This document shows, in pieces, positions 48,692-63,456 of a stretch of 64,000 bases of DNA (its first letter is position 1; every line of letters starts with the position of its first letter). The notes under the pieces were generated by a model. The model worked only from the letters and a program-made list of their open reading frames with translations, was not told where the DNA came from and did not search any database. Position numbers and translations under genes: made by a program. The stretch comes from Ginglymostoma cirratum. Its lineage: Eukaryota. The DNA is taken from the NCBI GenBank assembly GCA_024137785.1, contig JAHRHZ010000222.1:40654565-40718564 (forward strand), in the 5' to 3' direction.

Positions 48692-51600
48692 AGTCCTTCC
48701 AAACGTGGTTGAATCAAGATTCTTTGAAATTATGTGCAACTTCTGAGCTTTTCAGCAATATTCATCTCAAAATAAATTCATGGTTTTATTTACAATTTTA
48801 TAGCCTTGTTAATCTGCAGTGCTAGTTTAAATGATTTATGAATCTTCACTCACAAAACCCTTTGTTCCCCATTTACAATATTATTTTCCATGGAATGTGT
48901 GACCTCCTTAGTTATCCCACAAAAATATAGCACTTTAACCTTACCCGCATCAAAATTAATTTGTGTCCATTCAGTTTATCTCATCACTTAATCCTCGATA
49001 GTACACAAGGACAAAAGGAAGACCTTCTATTGCATAGCTGGGAGTTTTGAGTCGTAAGTGTTTGAACACTTGTCTTGTATACCAAAAAATGAATCTAAAT
49101 TTGGACTTTACAGTCTTTCAAGAGGAACGTGAAAGATCAGAATACCCTTTTCGTCTCAGCCTATGTGTACATAAACATTATGATCTTCTAGCAAGAATAT
49201 ACTTCAATATACTTTGATGAAGGATGTTTTGATTATTTGAAGAGAAGATACTGCAATTTGAACACAATAATCCAACTATCAGAATAGCAATTGCAGAGTA
49301 TGTATCTTATCATTTAACCTTACTCTGCTAAAGGTTAATGAATACTCCTTGCTTGTCAGATCATTGTGTGTCAGACACAGCTATGTAGACACACACATCA
49401 GCGAAATGAGTCAACAGCAGGTGCATTCTTTGATTAAGTCTTTGCCAGACAATAACCTGAGATGCTTTACTTGGACCAGCAAGCTATGCAAGATGTGGAT
49501 TCAAGCATATAATACAGAAAGATTTCATATAACACTTTTCATTTTATTTCAAAATGTAACTGGAAAAGTACAATCAGCTATCAAGTGTAATTAAAATCAT
49601 TCATATTTATTGTTGTTAGCTTGAGCATTGAATTCACTCTTCCAAAAACAAGGACATTTGAAGATGATTTAAATGTTATAATATCTATAATAAGTCCTCT
49701 GAACATATTACAAATGTGCTTTCATTATTTTCCTGTTCATTCATGTGTATTATCCCATGTCAACATCCCTTCATTAACCTTTCATAAATAATATGCTAGT
49801 GCCATCTTTCAGAGTTCTTGACAATATGAGAACGTAATCGTGTGTTAATTCTTATTTTGCTTAATATCCTAACACTTCAACATCCTTTTGGACTGTTATA
49901 AGACCTTGTTTTACAAAAGGGGGAAAAGATCATTAATGGAGGATTGGTAATAGATTAATGCCATTTTACTCACCCAGTGCCATCAGCGACTGTAACCACA
50001 TAAGCATATTGTGAACTGGAATAATGATTTTACTAAGAGCGGAGAGGTATATAACTGTAATTCCATTCCATTATAGAAAAGCAGCTAAATCACGTGGAAA
50101 AAAGGCAAATGAAACCTTGAGCCTTTTGAAGCTTTTTTTGTCTGTGTTTATGTAGATCAACATAAAAGGTAACAGTGCTAACAACTGTAATTTGAAAGGT
50201 TTTCATAATGTTGGGGTGTGGGATGAATGATCAACATATCAATCCCGTGGAGACAGGAACACTTAAGCAATTGGGTTCGGATTTATATGTTCTCATCTCA
50301 TCTCCTGAGGTTAAAAGTGGAGAACAGGATAGAACATTTCTTTCTATAACTCCAGGTTAGGTAGAGGAATACCTTTAGTAGTTTGTTGACTGTTGACTCA
50401 ACCCATAAAATGTTTTCTAATTACGAAAGAAATAAAAAACTTGTGCAATGTGGCTCGATGTCCTTTGTCTCAGACATGTATTGGCTGATTGCTTGAGTGT
50501 CAGTGCATTTCTTGCCAGTTCGGAAGTATTTGAAGCAAAGTTCCCTGGCACTGTGTCCAGGTCGAAATGTTTACGATGGGATCGATGTGTCCACTTCATT
50601 ACATTTTGTCAAAGAACTAGCTGAAATGTGGGTAAAGCATTGTTGGAGATTATGTATTTTGCTGTTGGAATGCCTGGTACGTTGATGTCTATACAAGTCC
50701 TGCTAATGAATATTGTCAAAGATAATTATCAGGCTGCTCAAAGTGTCTGGCTGCTGATGAAAAGGTAGCATTGTGTTGAAGAAGCGATACTCATGTGACC
50801 CCGACTACTTCTTTTGCCCTCACTCTGACCTTCCTCAGTGCCACTCGGATACGAAAGGGTTTCTCTTAGCAATCAGTTCTCAGGTCTGTGATGCAAATGA
50901 TTTAAATTGTGCATCCTACTGGGCCACAATAAAGGTAACAATTCTAAATGTATCAACATAGCAACTAAAATAAAACAACTTTAAAATCATATTTGTGCTT
51001 AGTAATTGGCTATCCCTTCAATAGCAAACATTACAGAACAACATTTTGAATGATGGGTTCCCTTCTTTGCATTCTGCAATCAGGGAAATTGAGTTCATCT
51101 GCCACATTCACATAAAACAAAAGGTTGATGTTTTCCATGATTCATTTCAACAATCCAATTTTAAAAAGGTTTGATGAATCATTAAAGATGAATATTTAGG
51201 TTTCCTGGTCTCCTATTTGTGGTATATTACAGATAATGATACATTTTTAAAAACCTGAGCTTTGTTTTGCATAATGATGAGAGTCACAATTTATTAAACT
51301 TATTTGAATGAAACTTTTGGCACAGTTCCAGAAATAACAAAACCTTTACTGCCTTACGATTTAAGCCACGTTGACCTGCTACTCCATGAGGTGATATGTT
51401 TTACCAAGGTCTTTTGGGAACAGTTAGTTTGTGGATTTTCCTGGAGGGGACAATGCTTGGAATTGTATGGACATAAAATTATTCCTCACATCAATAACCT
51501 CAATACAGGTTTCACATCATTTTTTTTAATCACAATGGGTGGAACATTCCCAGGCCCTGAACCACATGGCACTGGTGAGAAAGTTGGGAGAATTATGTGA

Positions 51601-53959
51601 GATAGCCAGAGAGGAGCTTCTCGCGTCAAGAGCAGAGAGTCCTCCTTTCCAATCAAGTGTTGAACAACGAGATGAGATTTTCACCAGTGAGTGGCGAGAG
51701 GCCTATTTACATGTATTACCATCTCATTATTAGCTAATCTCACCTCATTAATATTCTCTTCTCCATTCTCCCAAATGAGGAAGTAGACAGTGACAAATCC
51801 CAATATGAAAGTTAGAGGGGTTACCTGGTGACTCCAAGTCGCCAGCTGCTTCCCCAGGTTTTCATGTTGGTCAAAAACTTTCAACATCCCAGAGCACACT
51901 GTTTGGGCAGTGACCACTCCAGGAGGAAAAAAAGAATAAGATTTGCAAATGTAGCACACTGCTCTGATTCATATTGTATACTTCAAAATGGAGATCCAGT
52001 AAGACCAGCATGTCCAGTTTCAGGAATTACTTTTTTTAAAACTATTTTTTCCTTCTGGGACATGCACCCTGAACATATATTTTGGCAACCAACATATACT
52101 AGCCTCACCCATCCTCATGGCACATCTTTGGTCCACTTATGATGTAATTCACCTTTTCAGCACACCAATTGTAGCACACCAGCAACTTTCACTGGAGCAG
52201 CAACCTTTTAAGACTCTGATAAAGATGTCACATTTCTAGACAAACTGAAATAGTATTTTTTTCTATTCTTTTGGTTTAAAAATTCCTTTAATTATTGAAC
52301 ATGAAAAAGAGAGTTGATAAAAATCAGGCGATGTGAGTAAGCTCATATATTAAATTACTTTATTATTCATAGCTAACTAAGATTGTGAATTACAGAGACT
52401 TTAAGATCCTTTTCTGTGTCAGAATCAAGTCAGGGTTAACTCAATCATGATCAAGTACATTTTCACAATAGTGTACTTACACAGAATGCAGAATAAAAGT
52501 TTGTGATAAAAAATGAATTGTAATGATTTGGAACTGATGAGACATGTTGGTAAGAATCAAGGACAGTGAAAAAATTTAGCAATCTGTGGAAGGTTCTGAA
52601 ACATGATGAAGTTAGCCCTTTCAGCTCTAACTAATGAAAGGATTGTACAAATTAGAAATAAGAGCCAATTGCTTTAAAAAATAACATTAACATAGTTCCA
52701 AAATTTTTCTCAAAAATCTAATAGCTTAATAACCCTGGTATTTTACCTTTGCAGTTTGGGACAATATTGTGTACGTTTATTTAATGGTTGTGTCATTAAA
52801 TCCAGTCACCGGACGTAAACAGTTCAAAAATACATCTGCAGTTGAGATAGTTGTAGCAAGCTTCCTTTGATTAACATGGTCAAAAATTGTTTCACGCTGG
52901 TTTTCGAAATCTCTAAGACAAAAGAATCAACACAACTTTGAACATAAAAGCCTGATGTAATTTGTTTCATAAAATCTATGGCTGCCAATGTAAAGCCAAA
53001 ATAACCAAGACAATCAGTGAAGAATGCTTAAGGCTGAACCTGTTCATTGTCTCATGAGCTGTTCAGATCAATTTACAACTTCACAGGAAAAGACTTAATT
53101 GTCGAGCTAACTTCTGGAGTCAGAAACAATTGCAAGAAATAACTGGATGATGTTTATAAACATCAATAAAAGAAAAGCAGATTCTTAGATTAAATGGCAA
53201 AGGTAAAGAAAGGCTGCACAATGCATATCTTGATCAATAGGTCTGCGTGCCAATGGAACAAGGGGTAGAAAAGTTTGCTTCACAGAGAAGGTCTTTAGTC
53301 AATGGCTTAAGGTGCCTGCTAATGGTAAAATGCATTGTATGTTTTTGAAGTCATTAAGTTTTCAGTGTTATATCAGAAAATGACCATTATAAATATGATT
53401 CTCCTAAATATTAAGGTTCTAGGTGCCAGCTTATTCTTTGTTTGTTTCACTGAACAAGGTTGATCAAAATTTGTCCAATAATATGCTGGACGTTTACCCA
53501 CTAAGTGAAACTATGATGATATTTCAGATGTATCAAAAAGGTTTCAAAAGGCAACTAATGAACACGCAGAGTGATACACTCTGAAATGGTCACTCTCGGT
53601 TTCTAACTGCAGTGTGCAAGATGTTTGACATTTTATTCTAATCTGCCTAGCAACATGTATACTGTTCTGTTACTTCATGCAACGATTACTACTTTTTCTT
53701 TATGTAGGATAAGATGGCCTTTACCAGATGCCATTGGGAATAGCCAAATAGTGGTACATAGCTACCCTTAAATTTCAATGTAAGGCCAAATTGGAGATCA
53801 TTTGCTGGAGGGCTAAAGGGAGATGGAAGATGCGAAGTCTTGTGAGGACAGCAACATTTCTAATTTAGCAATAATTCTAGCATATATTCACTATGCTTAT
53901 CATTCTTTGACTTTCACAAATGATCCCAATTCCTTCACTTGACATTCAGCAACAAAGGC

Positions 53960-54390
53960 CTCAGTTGTGCCTCAGTGGGCAGCATTGTCGCCTCTGAATT
54001 AGGTGGTTGCTATTTTCAGTCCCATTGCACAGACACAAGTTCAAAATATTGACTGACACTCAGTGCAGTAGAAGTGTTGTTCTGTTGGAGATCTATCTAA
54101 GTGGAGTCCTATTTATCTCTCAGGTGGATGTAAAAGATTCCACATTAGGATTTGGATGAAGAGCAGGGCAACTGTCTCCAATATCCTAGTCAAACATTTT
54201 CCCTCGATCAAAATTGATAAGATAATTATCTGATCATTATTGCATTGTCGTTAGCAAGCCCTAGCTGCCAGAGATTTAATGTCATGTTTTCTATGTTTCA
54301 ATAGTGCCTACACTTCCAAAGTACTTCTTTGATTGTGAATAATTTTTGAATGGATTCAGGTTTTCACAGGTGATGTAGAAATTTTAAGGC
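53960..54390 (+). mobile_element. Deu-domain SINE
   Basis: tRNA-like head (CTCAGTGGGCAGCATTGTCGCCTCTGAATTAG...TCAGTCCCA), Deu core TCTCAGGTGGATGTAAAAGATTCCAC...GAAGAGCAGGG, L2-like tail. Confidence 0.65.
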
Positions 54391-57300
54391 ATTTTATATT
54401 TAACATTTTGCTTATTTGTTTTATTTTCTTTCACTGACATAGTGCAAGCCAAGGAGGGACATACATTTTTATTCCACTTAAAGCAGGTACAGCCACTTAT
54501 AAAGTCTTCAAGAGAGTTTCATTGTAGAACACGTGAATTACTGATCAAGGATTAGGAAGGGTAGCTGTAGTGTCTGGTACATTGCCTGCAGCTGAACATA
54601 AGCAGTATCACTTTGGCACCTACAGAGGAGGCTGCAGACAGTTAGGTAACAAGTGCAAGCTCTTAGAATACCTCACTAATGATGTTACAGCAAAGCAATT
54701 TAATCCAAGGCAGTTGGCATTTTAAGAAATTCAGAGACCTCACAGCAATGCCACTGCCTTTGTCAACATAGCTCAGTGACCAACCATCTGGACTCAATGT
54801 TCTGAAGGAGTAGACATGTATAAACAAAGAATGAGACATGTAGCTTTCAAGGTACTACCATTACGTGTCACTATACAAATGACGAGAAGTAAGCATCCAA
54901 AGACAAAACATGACAAGCTATTCCAGTCACGGCTTTCCTAGTTCTAATAACATATGGAAATTTGCATCCAGAAAACTTTCGCGCATACTCTCAGGAGATG
55001 CCACCACACCGAGATCTTCCATGAGACACGTAATTGAGGACAGTGTATAAGAAGAAATACACTTAAGAATACGTTGCATCACTCTGTGAAACATGTTGTG
55101 TTCCTTGCAACAAGAGATATTCTACATTACATTACAAACACATTTGTAAATAGTGAAAAGTTTTATTTATTTAAGATTAAGTTTAACATGTGACTATGCA
55201 AAAAAATCCCCACAAAACACGACTAAAACAATACTAACAGCACTTACATCCTTCCATTTTTTTACTTCAGAATGGGGTTCACAAAAACAAATTCCAGGTA
55301 TCAATTGCACTTGTGTCATTCTGGGATTGGTTGTCATGCTTCAAGAGATCATGTTCTCTCCGGACACTGGCTTCCTGTAAGTATGTTTACATGTATGTTT
55401 CTTGATGCGACATTCAGAAATCTCTGTGTATTAATGGATAAGTTACATGCAGGTTTAATTTAAATATGAAATAGTTTTAAAATTTGTTTTGCTGTTAGGG
55501 GGACAGCACACAGGATAATTGTGTCTTGGAACAGGAGCCATGGGACGTATTATATGGTGTCATTAATTACTAATGGCTGAGAATCCAGGTGTGACTATTG
55601 ATTATTCACCAGTAAAGTGAAGCTGCTGATAATAAAGTTAATCAAGTAACAGTAAAACATTTGACTGTAACTCATGAGAAATCGTTCCCACCCTGCATTG
55701 AACATATTTATTTAACCTGTGACTTGAACAAGCCCTGGTAAAACATTTTATCCTCTGGCAACGGAGCTCTACAGTAGAGAGCTCTCTACAAAAGGGTACT
55801 TCCTTTTTCCACTGGGGATCTGGGATGTATGGTGCTGTTCACAGCTGTCCCAAGTTATCTCCATTTAAGTAAGTACACCAAGTGGGCAGGCAAGGAATTT
55901 TGTGGCCTGGATGAAACTATATTTAATTTTACATTGATGATTTCATTTGCCTTCCCTCTTTAGTTTTTTTGAAAGGGCTGCTCTTCGATTTTTTTGTTGC
56001 ACTTCAACCCTATGCTCCTGATCTACAAGCCTCCTGTGAGGGGAGGGCTGAACAGGTCAGAGGGCCTTCACATCAGTCTGCTCTTGGGCATGCCAAAGTA
56101 GTCATTAACAGATCCAGGCAGTGGGTTGTGGAGTGGGTCATTGCATCTGACTGTCTGCTCATCTTTCGTGATTACATCTGCACTAGGGTATCCACAGAGG
56201 CAGAGCATTTGGTGTTCACCAGTAAAGTAAAGGTTTTTAGAGACTAGTAGGCAGCAAAGGAACTTGGCTGCATCATCACCCTGGACAATATTACTCTGAA
56301 AAATGTTTCCTTTCTCTTCATACAAGTTTCTGTAAATTGTTACTTGAATTTCAGTTCCCCATTAAGGGCTGTTAAATCATTCTTAGTAATTTTAGTGAAG
56401 AACCTACTCATTTGGAAATTTGCCATAGGTTTTCCTTTGTCTCATGTTTGGTGCAGCACAGAGGAAGTGAGTGTAGATATCAATTGTATCAAATCTTTGT
56501 TACCACCGTGGCTCCAGGATTTCTAGAATGAGGAAATTTTTTTCTGCTGTAAAGCCAGGAAAAGTGTACATGATAAATGAGGCAGGAGCTGGTTTTCCTG
56601 ATTTCCCACCTCACTTTTAACTGTCTGCACCTAATCAGCAGTACATCAAAAGTACCAATGATGGATTTACTGTTGGACTCCTTCATGGAATAAACGATCT
56701 GTGACCACCGCAAAAGACTTCTGGAAAATATTAGTGGTTTATTGTGCATTCCTGAGTTAGAACGCTCTTAAAGCTCAGTGGTGTTTAATTGCTTCTTTCC
56801 AGAAACAGCAAATAAGTTTTGATACCAGCTTGTCAGGTGTTGAAATGGAAGTATCTCGGGCTAGATAACTAAGACTATCAATTAGCAGAAATATTCCTAT
56901 GCCCCACTCCTCAGTGAAGATATGTAGGAAAGACTCCTAACATATAATAGTTGAGGCTGTGAAATAACACTTTGCTCAGTGCACTGCTCTAGAACCAACA
57001 GTCTTCAATGTTCTATCAATGACTTTCCCTCTATTATTATGACAGAAGTGCAGATGTTCTGTAGTGCTCGCTACCATCCAAAATTCCTCAAATACTGAAA
57101 CAGTCTGTGCATGCATGCAGCAAGGTCCATGCATTCAGTCTTGGGTTGATCATTTGCCAATTACAACATATGACCAGGTCATGACCACCTCCAATAGAGA
57201 CAGCTGAAACATTTCCCTGATTTCTCCAGCATCTATATCTTGGGGGTCCCAAATCCTTTTCATGATATGCTAAGCACAAGTCTTCAGCATGTTGGAATGC

Positions 57301-58009
57301 TGTTTATTTGCTGGGCTATTTAGCTCCAAAAAGACTGCAAAAGAGACATGTTGCTGAAAAAATTTGTCTCACGCTCATCTGGACAAACACAAGAACATCA
57401 AAATTCAAATGATCATAACAATTTTTACTGCTAGTGTAAAGGGCACCAACTGGATGACAAGTCAACTCAGATTATTCAATGTTGACATGGAGAAAGCAAT
57501 GGGGATCTTATCACCTCCTCAAACACCCAGATAATTTACAAAGGTAGAAGGTTTAACACATCCTTTTGTCCACAGAGGACAGGTCTCTGCTCATGAATGA
57601 GTGTTTCCCTAGCAAGCATAAATAAATCAGATTATAAACCCAAGGGATTATCTCAAATTGGGGTATTCACACAATCAAGCTTGTTTACCAAGTGCTGCCC
57701 AATTGTGGAATTACATTAATAGGACATGTTTTGTTTAGTTATTTGTAATTTTGACAATGCAGAGGGTATTCAAGCAGACTATGCTTTCAAAACCAAAGCA
57801 ATGGCAATGCCTTGGCCAATCAGCATTAACATGGCAACCAGTTAGCGCCCTTTTCTCACATTGTATATTTGTGATGGCTTGACTTCTTGCCTTTGTTGTA
57901 ATAAGAGCAAGATGGAAAGCAACATATCTTTCTTTCCACAAGCAATCTAGCTTTGAACAATCCTTGAAGCTTTTTTGACAACACAGTCAAATGTCCAATC
58001 ATAACACTT

Positions 58010-58285
58010 AGGACAACAAGGGCAACAGGCATATGGAAACGGCATATGCAGACATTATCACTTGCAAGATCCCCTCTAAATCACACACCATGCTGACTTG
58101 AAAATATATTGCTGTTCCTTATTATCTGTGGGTTAAAAACTGAGAACTCACTGACTGACAGTGCTGTGGATATACTTATGGCAGACAGACTGCAGTGGTT
58201 CAACAAGGCAACCCATTACCACCTTCTCAAGATCAGTTAGCAATGAGCAATAAATGCTGGTTACTCCAGTGATGCCCACGTCTCT
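58010..58285 (+). mobile_element. L2/CR1-clade LINE 3' end
   Basis: CACACACCATGCTGACTTGAAAATATATTGCTGTTCCTT...GCAATAAATGCTGG...GATGCCCAC; reverse of the 770-940 copy. Confidence 0.55.
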
Positions 58286-60037
58286 TAATAAGCAAATAAA
58301 GAATTTTTAAAAAATTGGATTAATGTTTGATCAGTAACTGGACTAGAGATTATAACAAGAAATGATAGACTAAAATGATTAACGAATCAACGGAATTTAG
58401 GATTGTTTAGCAAAGGCAACAAAACAGGGGACACGAATGGTCTTTGGAAGGCATCAGGTCAGATTTGAATAGTATACATATGAGGAATGGTAGATCTATA
58501 GAAGTTTAGGATTAGGGTACATACTTAGGTCTTTTCTTTGGAAGATTGAATAATTGGCATAAAAGCCACTATATGATACAATTGTAACAACACAGCAGAC
58601 AGGAAAAGACCAGCAATGCAAACAGTAATTGCAGACAGCACAAAGCCATGTTTGAAAAGGGAACGTTACGTCAATGCTTCAGGTAGAGGTTCAGTTCTGT
58701 TAAAGGGTCACTTCCAGAAACCTGCGCATTCTCAGATGCTGAGGGACATGCTGTTTCTGTTTGCATTCCAATTTCCAGCCATTGATCTGTACATTTTCTC
58801 AGAGATCATGGACAAATCACTCTTCCTATTCTTTTTTTTCAATCCCTTATAATGATGTATTCTACCAGTGGTACCAGTGAAGCAGTTATGGTTATCAATC
58901 CAAATGAGACACTTCCACCAGATCACACACACGTCATAATTCCATTAGATCCTTACCCAGATGTACTGGGTGTGGTGGAAAGTTTGAGATTTCCACAGAA
59001 TTTTGCATCATATGAAAAATCAATTTTTGCTCAGTGTATGACAAAATGAGAAAGAAATATGCGAACTGAACAACTCCAGATTGAAGGAGGCATAATTAAC
59101 CAAAATGTGAAACTCCAATGTAATCTCTGGTTCAAATGGTTATCTCAAAATGCTGAGCACGTTACAAATGCTTATTAATGCAAGCAGGAGGAAAATGGAA
59201 ATCTTATTAATATTTGAAAACATATACCAAATGCAGAGGGTTAATTTTCTGCCAGGATTATAAATGTGCCCAGTATTGAGAATATGCGTGGCTGATAGTT
59301 TCAAGTTTCAGGTTCGCTGGATTGCATATACCAAAATTTACTGTAAATACTTTAGGACAAGTATTCCTAAATCATGCATGACCCTCTCTTTATTAATTAA
59401 AGCATTTCTGACATTTTAATTTCGTAACAGATGCTACTTAACCATTTATTTATTTCTCACAAAACATGAAAAAACACTGTATTGGAATAAAGAAAACACA
59501 GAATTGCAACAGTGTAATGAAATGAAGTGGATGTCTTGTTGAGACGGGATTGCTCATAATTGAAGCACATCTGAGAAATATGGACAACAATTGTGAAGCA
59601 GAATCCAAATTATTCAACTGAGGAGTCATTTTCAGATTGAAACTGCACATGTCAGTGTATTCTGTAGGAGGTATTTAGTCAAGGTCAGCGGGGTCTTACC
59701 TGCCTGCTAGAGAGCCATGAGACCTCCATGTTGTTGCCTTTCAGGAAGGCCAATTAGAATCAAGCCCCAAAGATGTGCTCAGGACCTTCCCTGGGATGAA
59801 GGACCCTGGAGATACCACCAATCAACCCGAAGTTTCCCGAAGGCAAGCATTTCAGGGTTTACTATTCCAGTTTCCAGCATGGCAACCATCCATTTCACTG
59901 CTGGTTGAATCCTAACTTTAGGGGAATGAAGTCCAATGAGCATTAGTTGTCCCCCGAATGGCCTCAATTGGTGGTGGGACAGGAAAACTGTCCACAAGCC
60001 TTCTATCCCAGACTTAGTGCCAGGGAACAATTTAAAT

Positions 60038-60925
60038 GATCACAGTAAACTTGGAAACACTGTAAACTGTGAGGAGGCAGGACTCCAAAAGGACTTTGCC
60101 AAATTGGTGGAATGGGCGATTTGGTGGGAGATAAGGTTCAATGCAAGGAAGTGGAAGGGGATGTCCTTCAGTTGGAAGAACATTGAAAGATAATATAAAA
60201 TTGGAGGTACAGTTTTAAAGGGGGTACTGGAGCAGAGGTCTATATGTGCACAGATCAATGAAGATGGCAGGAGAAGTGGAGACACCAGTTAATAAAGCAT
60301 ACAATATTCTTAGCTTTAATAGTCAGGGCATCGAGTTCAAGAGTAAGGAAGTTATGCTGAACCTGTATAGTTAGATCTTAGCTGGGGTATTGTGTACAGT
60401 TGTGGGTGCTACATTATGGAAAAGATGTGAATGCATTGGAGAGAGTGCAGAATCAATTTAGGAAAATAGTTCCAGGGATGAAAACCTTAAGGAGACAGGT
60501 TAGATTGAAGAAGTTGGGACTGTTCTGCTTGGAGAAAAGGAAGCTGAAAAGACATTTGGTAGATATTTTCAAAATCATGAATGGGCTGGACAGTGTATGT
60601 AGGGAAAAGCTTTTCCTGTTCGTAAAAGTAAAAAAGGATGACTAGGCATAAATATAAAGCATTAAGTAAAGGAAGCAAGGGTGATGTAAGAATTTTTTTT
60701 CACACAGCGAGCAGCTGTGAGATGGAATGCATTACCTGAGAATGAGGTGAAGATAGGTTTAACTGCAGCATTCAATCAGGCATTAGATGGTTATTTGGAT
60801 AGAAATGATATGCAAAGATGTGGGGAAAAGGCAGGAAATTGGTACTAGATAGTAGATCTAGTGTAGACATGATGGACCAAACATCCTCATTCTATGGCAT
60901 AACAATCTGTGATTCTACGATTTTG
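60038..60925 (+). mobile_element. CR1 LINE 3' portion
   Basis: ORFs LQKDFAKLVEWAIWWEIRFNARK and HYGKDVNALERVQNQFRKIVPGM...RLKKLGLFCLEKRKLK...FKIMNGLD; tail TGATTCTACGATT. Confidence 0.85.
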
Positions 60926-63084
60926 TAAGGATTCAGGTCACCATCCACTACTCTCCTTCCTATTTAAATCTTCATCCCCCTTCCCCACGCCACCCCCCCA
61001 GTGCCATGACTGCATCAAAGTTTAACACAGTTGGAATCTCACAAAAATGCTATTGTAGTGGATACATCAATGATACTACTTGTATAATGGTGAGTGAGCT
61101 GTCTGCAATTCTTCTGCATTCTTACACCATTATGGGTGGTAGAATGACAGTATTTAAACTAATGCATTGTGTACAATTAACCAACCCAATAGGCTTTGGT
61201 AGTTTCGACTTACTACTTCATAGGACAACTGGGGATAAAATGATGAACTGTGTATTCTAGAAATTATAATTAAATAAATGATCCACGTACACAATAGGCT
61301 AATCAGTTCTTGGAAGAAAAAGATATGTTTATATTTTGGCTATTTTGTCAAAATAGGGAAATCGGTACTTGATCATCATTAGAAAGTAACACTTGATGTT
61401 AAGCTTTATGTCAATGTCACTTATACTTTGGACTATGTAGATTTATATTAATAACAGACCATACGGAAAGTGTTACTTCCAACATCAGACAAAAAACCAA
61501 TAGTCGTTTTGATTGATTCATATGTAGTTGTTGTGAAATCTGGCCCAGCTTTTCATCCTGCAATAGAAGTGAAAATTCATCTGTGCGTCCTGGAGAAAGC
61601 ATCATTAGCTTTGATGTCAGGTCAACTCTAGCAGCATTTCACTTCTCATGAAGTATAAACGTAGAAAGTTCTGTCAGCATAGGCTTGCAGTGTTTATTGC
61701 TTTTCTTTCTGTCTATTAAAGGGTCCTCCTCAATTATTACAAATGGTTTTCCAATTCAATTAAGCAGATAAAATTGTCTAGTTAAACCTGTAAAAGTCCC
61801 TTTTGGACACAAGGCACAGAATCATTTTGTTGTTCAACAATGTCTTGTTTAGAAATAGAGTCTTCATGTTCCATTCAATTAGTGTTCCCAAATTATCATT
61901 TATTTCAGCGTTAGCCTAAATTACAATGACATCAAGCTCATCATTTGCAAAATTACAACAAGCAGCAGAGGATCTTGGGGCACAGAAATGGCGCCCCGCC
62001 TCCATACTAGAACATTCTAGTTCGTGTCCTACTTGAATTTTACTTGCCCCAGAATTGTGCCATAGCATGACTGAACAGACTGAAGCTATAGTTTTGGTTA
62101 AGAGCAAAATAAGTACATTCCAGTAACTGTATATTGGAGACAAACTGCATCTATTACTTCCTAATCTGCTGCACTGCTCCGTAATGTACATGATTTCAGT
62201 GTGCAGATAGTGCTAACCTGCTGGTGATTGGCCAGATGTCTAAACAGAGGAAGCAATATCATGGGATGCTGCAAGAATTCGATCTTACCTGTGCTGCTTA
62301 AAGCTAACCTACCTCTCAAAAAGGGGAGAAGACTTTTGACTAGAGAAGTGACCAGGGAAGAGTGACTGTGAAATAACATACGGAGAGTGTTTTTCCTCAA
62401 CTTAGCAACCATGGCCTTTACGCATGAGGTGGACAGAAGGGGAGGATTCTGCCATCCATACGACAGGAGTAAACCTTCCACACAATCACACCAAAGGAGT
62501 GGGAGCAGACGGCCATCACCATCCATACCAGGAGTCTAGTCCTAAGGATCGGTGTATGAATGGTCAGTGACAGAAGGAATGGTGTTGTTGATAAAGGAAG
62601 AATTGGTGTTACATGCACTGGGTGAGCTGATCCTAGGCAACCTATTCAGAAGGTGAACATGTTATTTACCTCTTTCCTGCCTTCTGTTCCTCTTACGCCT
62701 CCTTTATCTCCTCTATTTCTCACTGTATACCTGGTAGCCAGTGTTGTGCCCTTGTAAATGGAAGGTTGTGTAGGATACACTATGTCCTGATGAATCTTGG
62801 CCTGCATCCTGCAGAATTAAGCTCCTCCCGAATGGTGAGGTGGCAAAAATGTTCTTTAAGTACCTCAGTGGACTGCTCAATGACATTCTATGGGGCTGTA
62901 TGACTCTTATTGTACACAATCTGTCCATATGTGTGTGAATTTTGCATTGGAGATATAAGTCAAATTATCAGCAGTCAGCACTTTTTTCATAATGGCTCAA
63001 GTGATGATGATACAGCAGACAACACAGAATGGAAGTATCATAACTCTGCTGACATAAGGGTCATTGAAGACTTTTGACTAGAGA

Positions 63085-63287
63085 CGATCAGAGGATTGGA
63101 TAGGGTGGACTGTGAGAGCCTTTTTCCTCGGATGATGACGGCTAGCACGAGCGGACATAGCTTTAAATTGAGGGGTGATAGATATAGGACAGATGTCAGA
63201 GGTAGATTCTTTACTCAGAGAGTAGTAAGGGCTTGGAATGCCTTGTCTGCAGCAGTTATAGACTCACCAACTTTAAGGGCATTTATA
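63085..63287 (+). mobile_element. Young CR1 ORF2 C-terminal fragment
   Basis: RGLDRVDCESLFPRM...GHSFKLRGDRYRTDVRGRFFTQRVVRAWNAL. Confidence 0.85.
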
Positions 63288-63456
63288 GCCACTGTCTTTA
63301 TATGGTGAGTCCAGTGAGTTTCTGGTCATCGGTAACCCCCAGGATGCTGATAGTGAGGGATTCAGTGATGGTAATGCTAGTGAATGTCAGAGGATGGTCA
63401 TTAGATTATCTCTTATTAGAGATGCTCATTATCCAGCATTTGCCTGGTGCAAATGC
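63288..63456 (-). mobile_element. L2/CR1-clade RT C-terminal fragment
   Basis: The minus strand reads HPLTFTSITITESLTISILGVTDDQKL. Confidence 0.6.
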
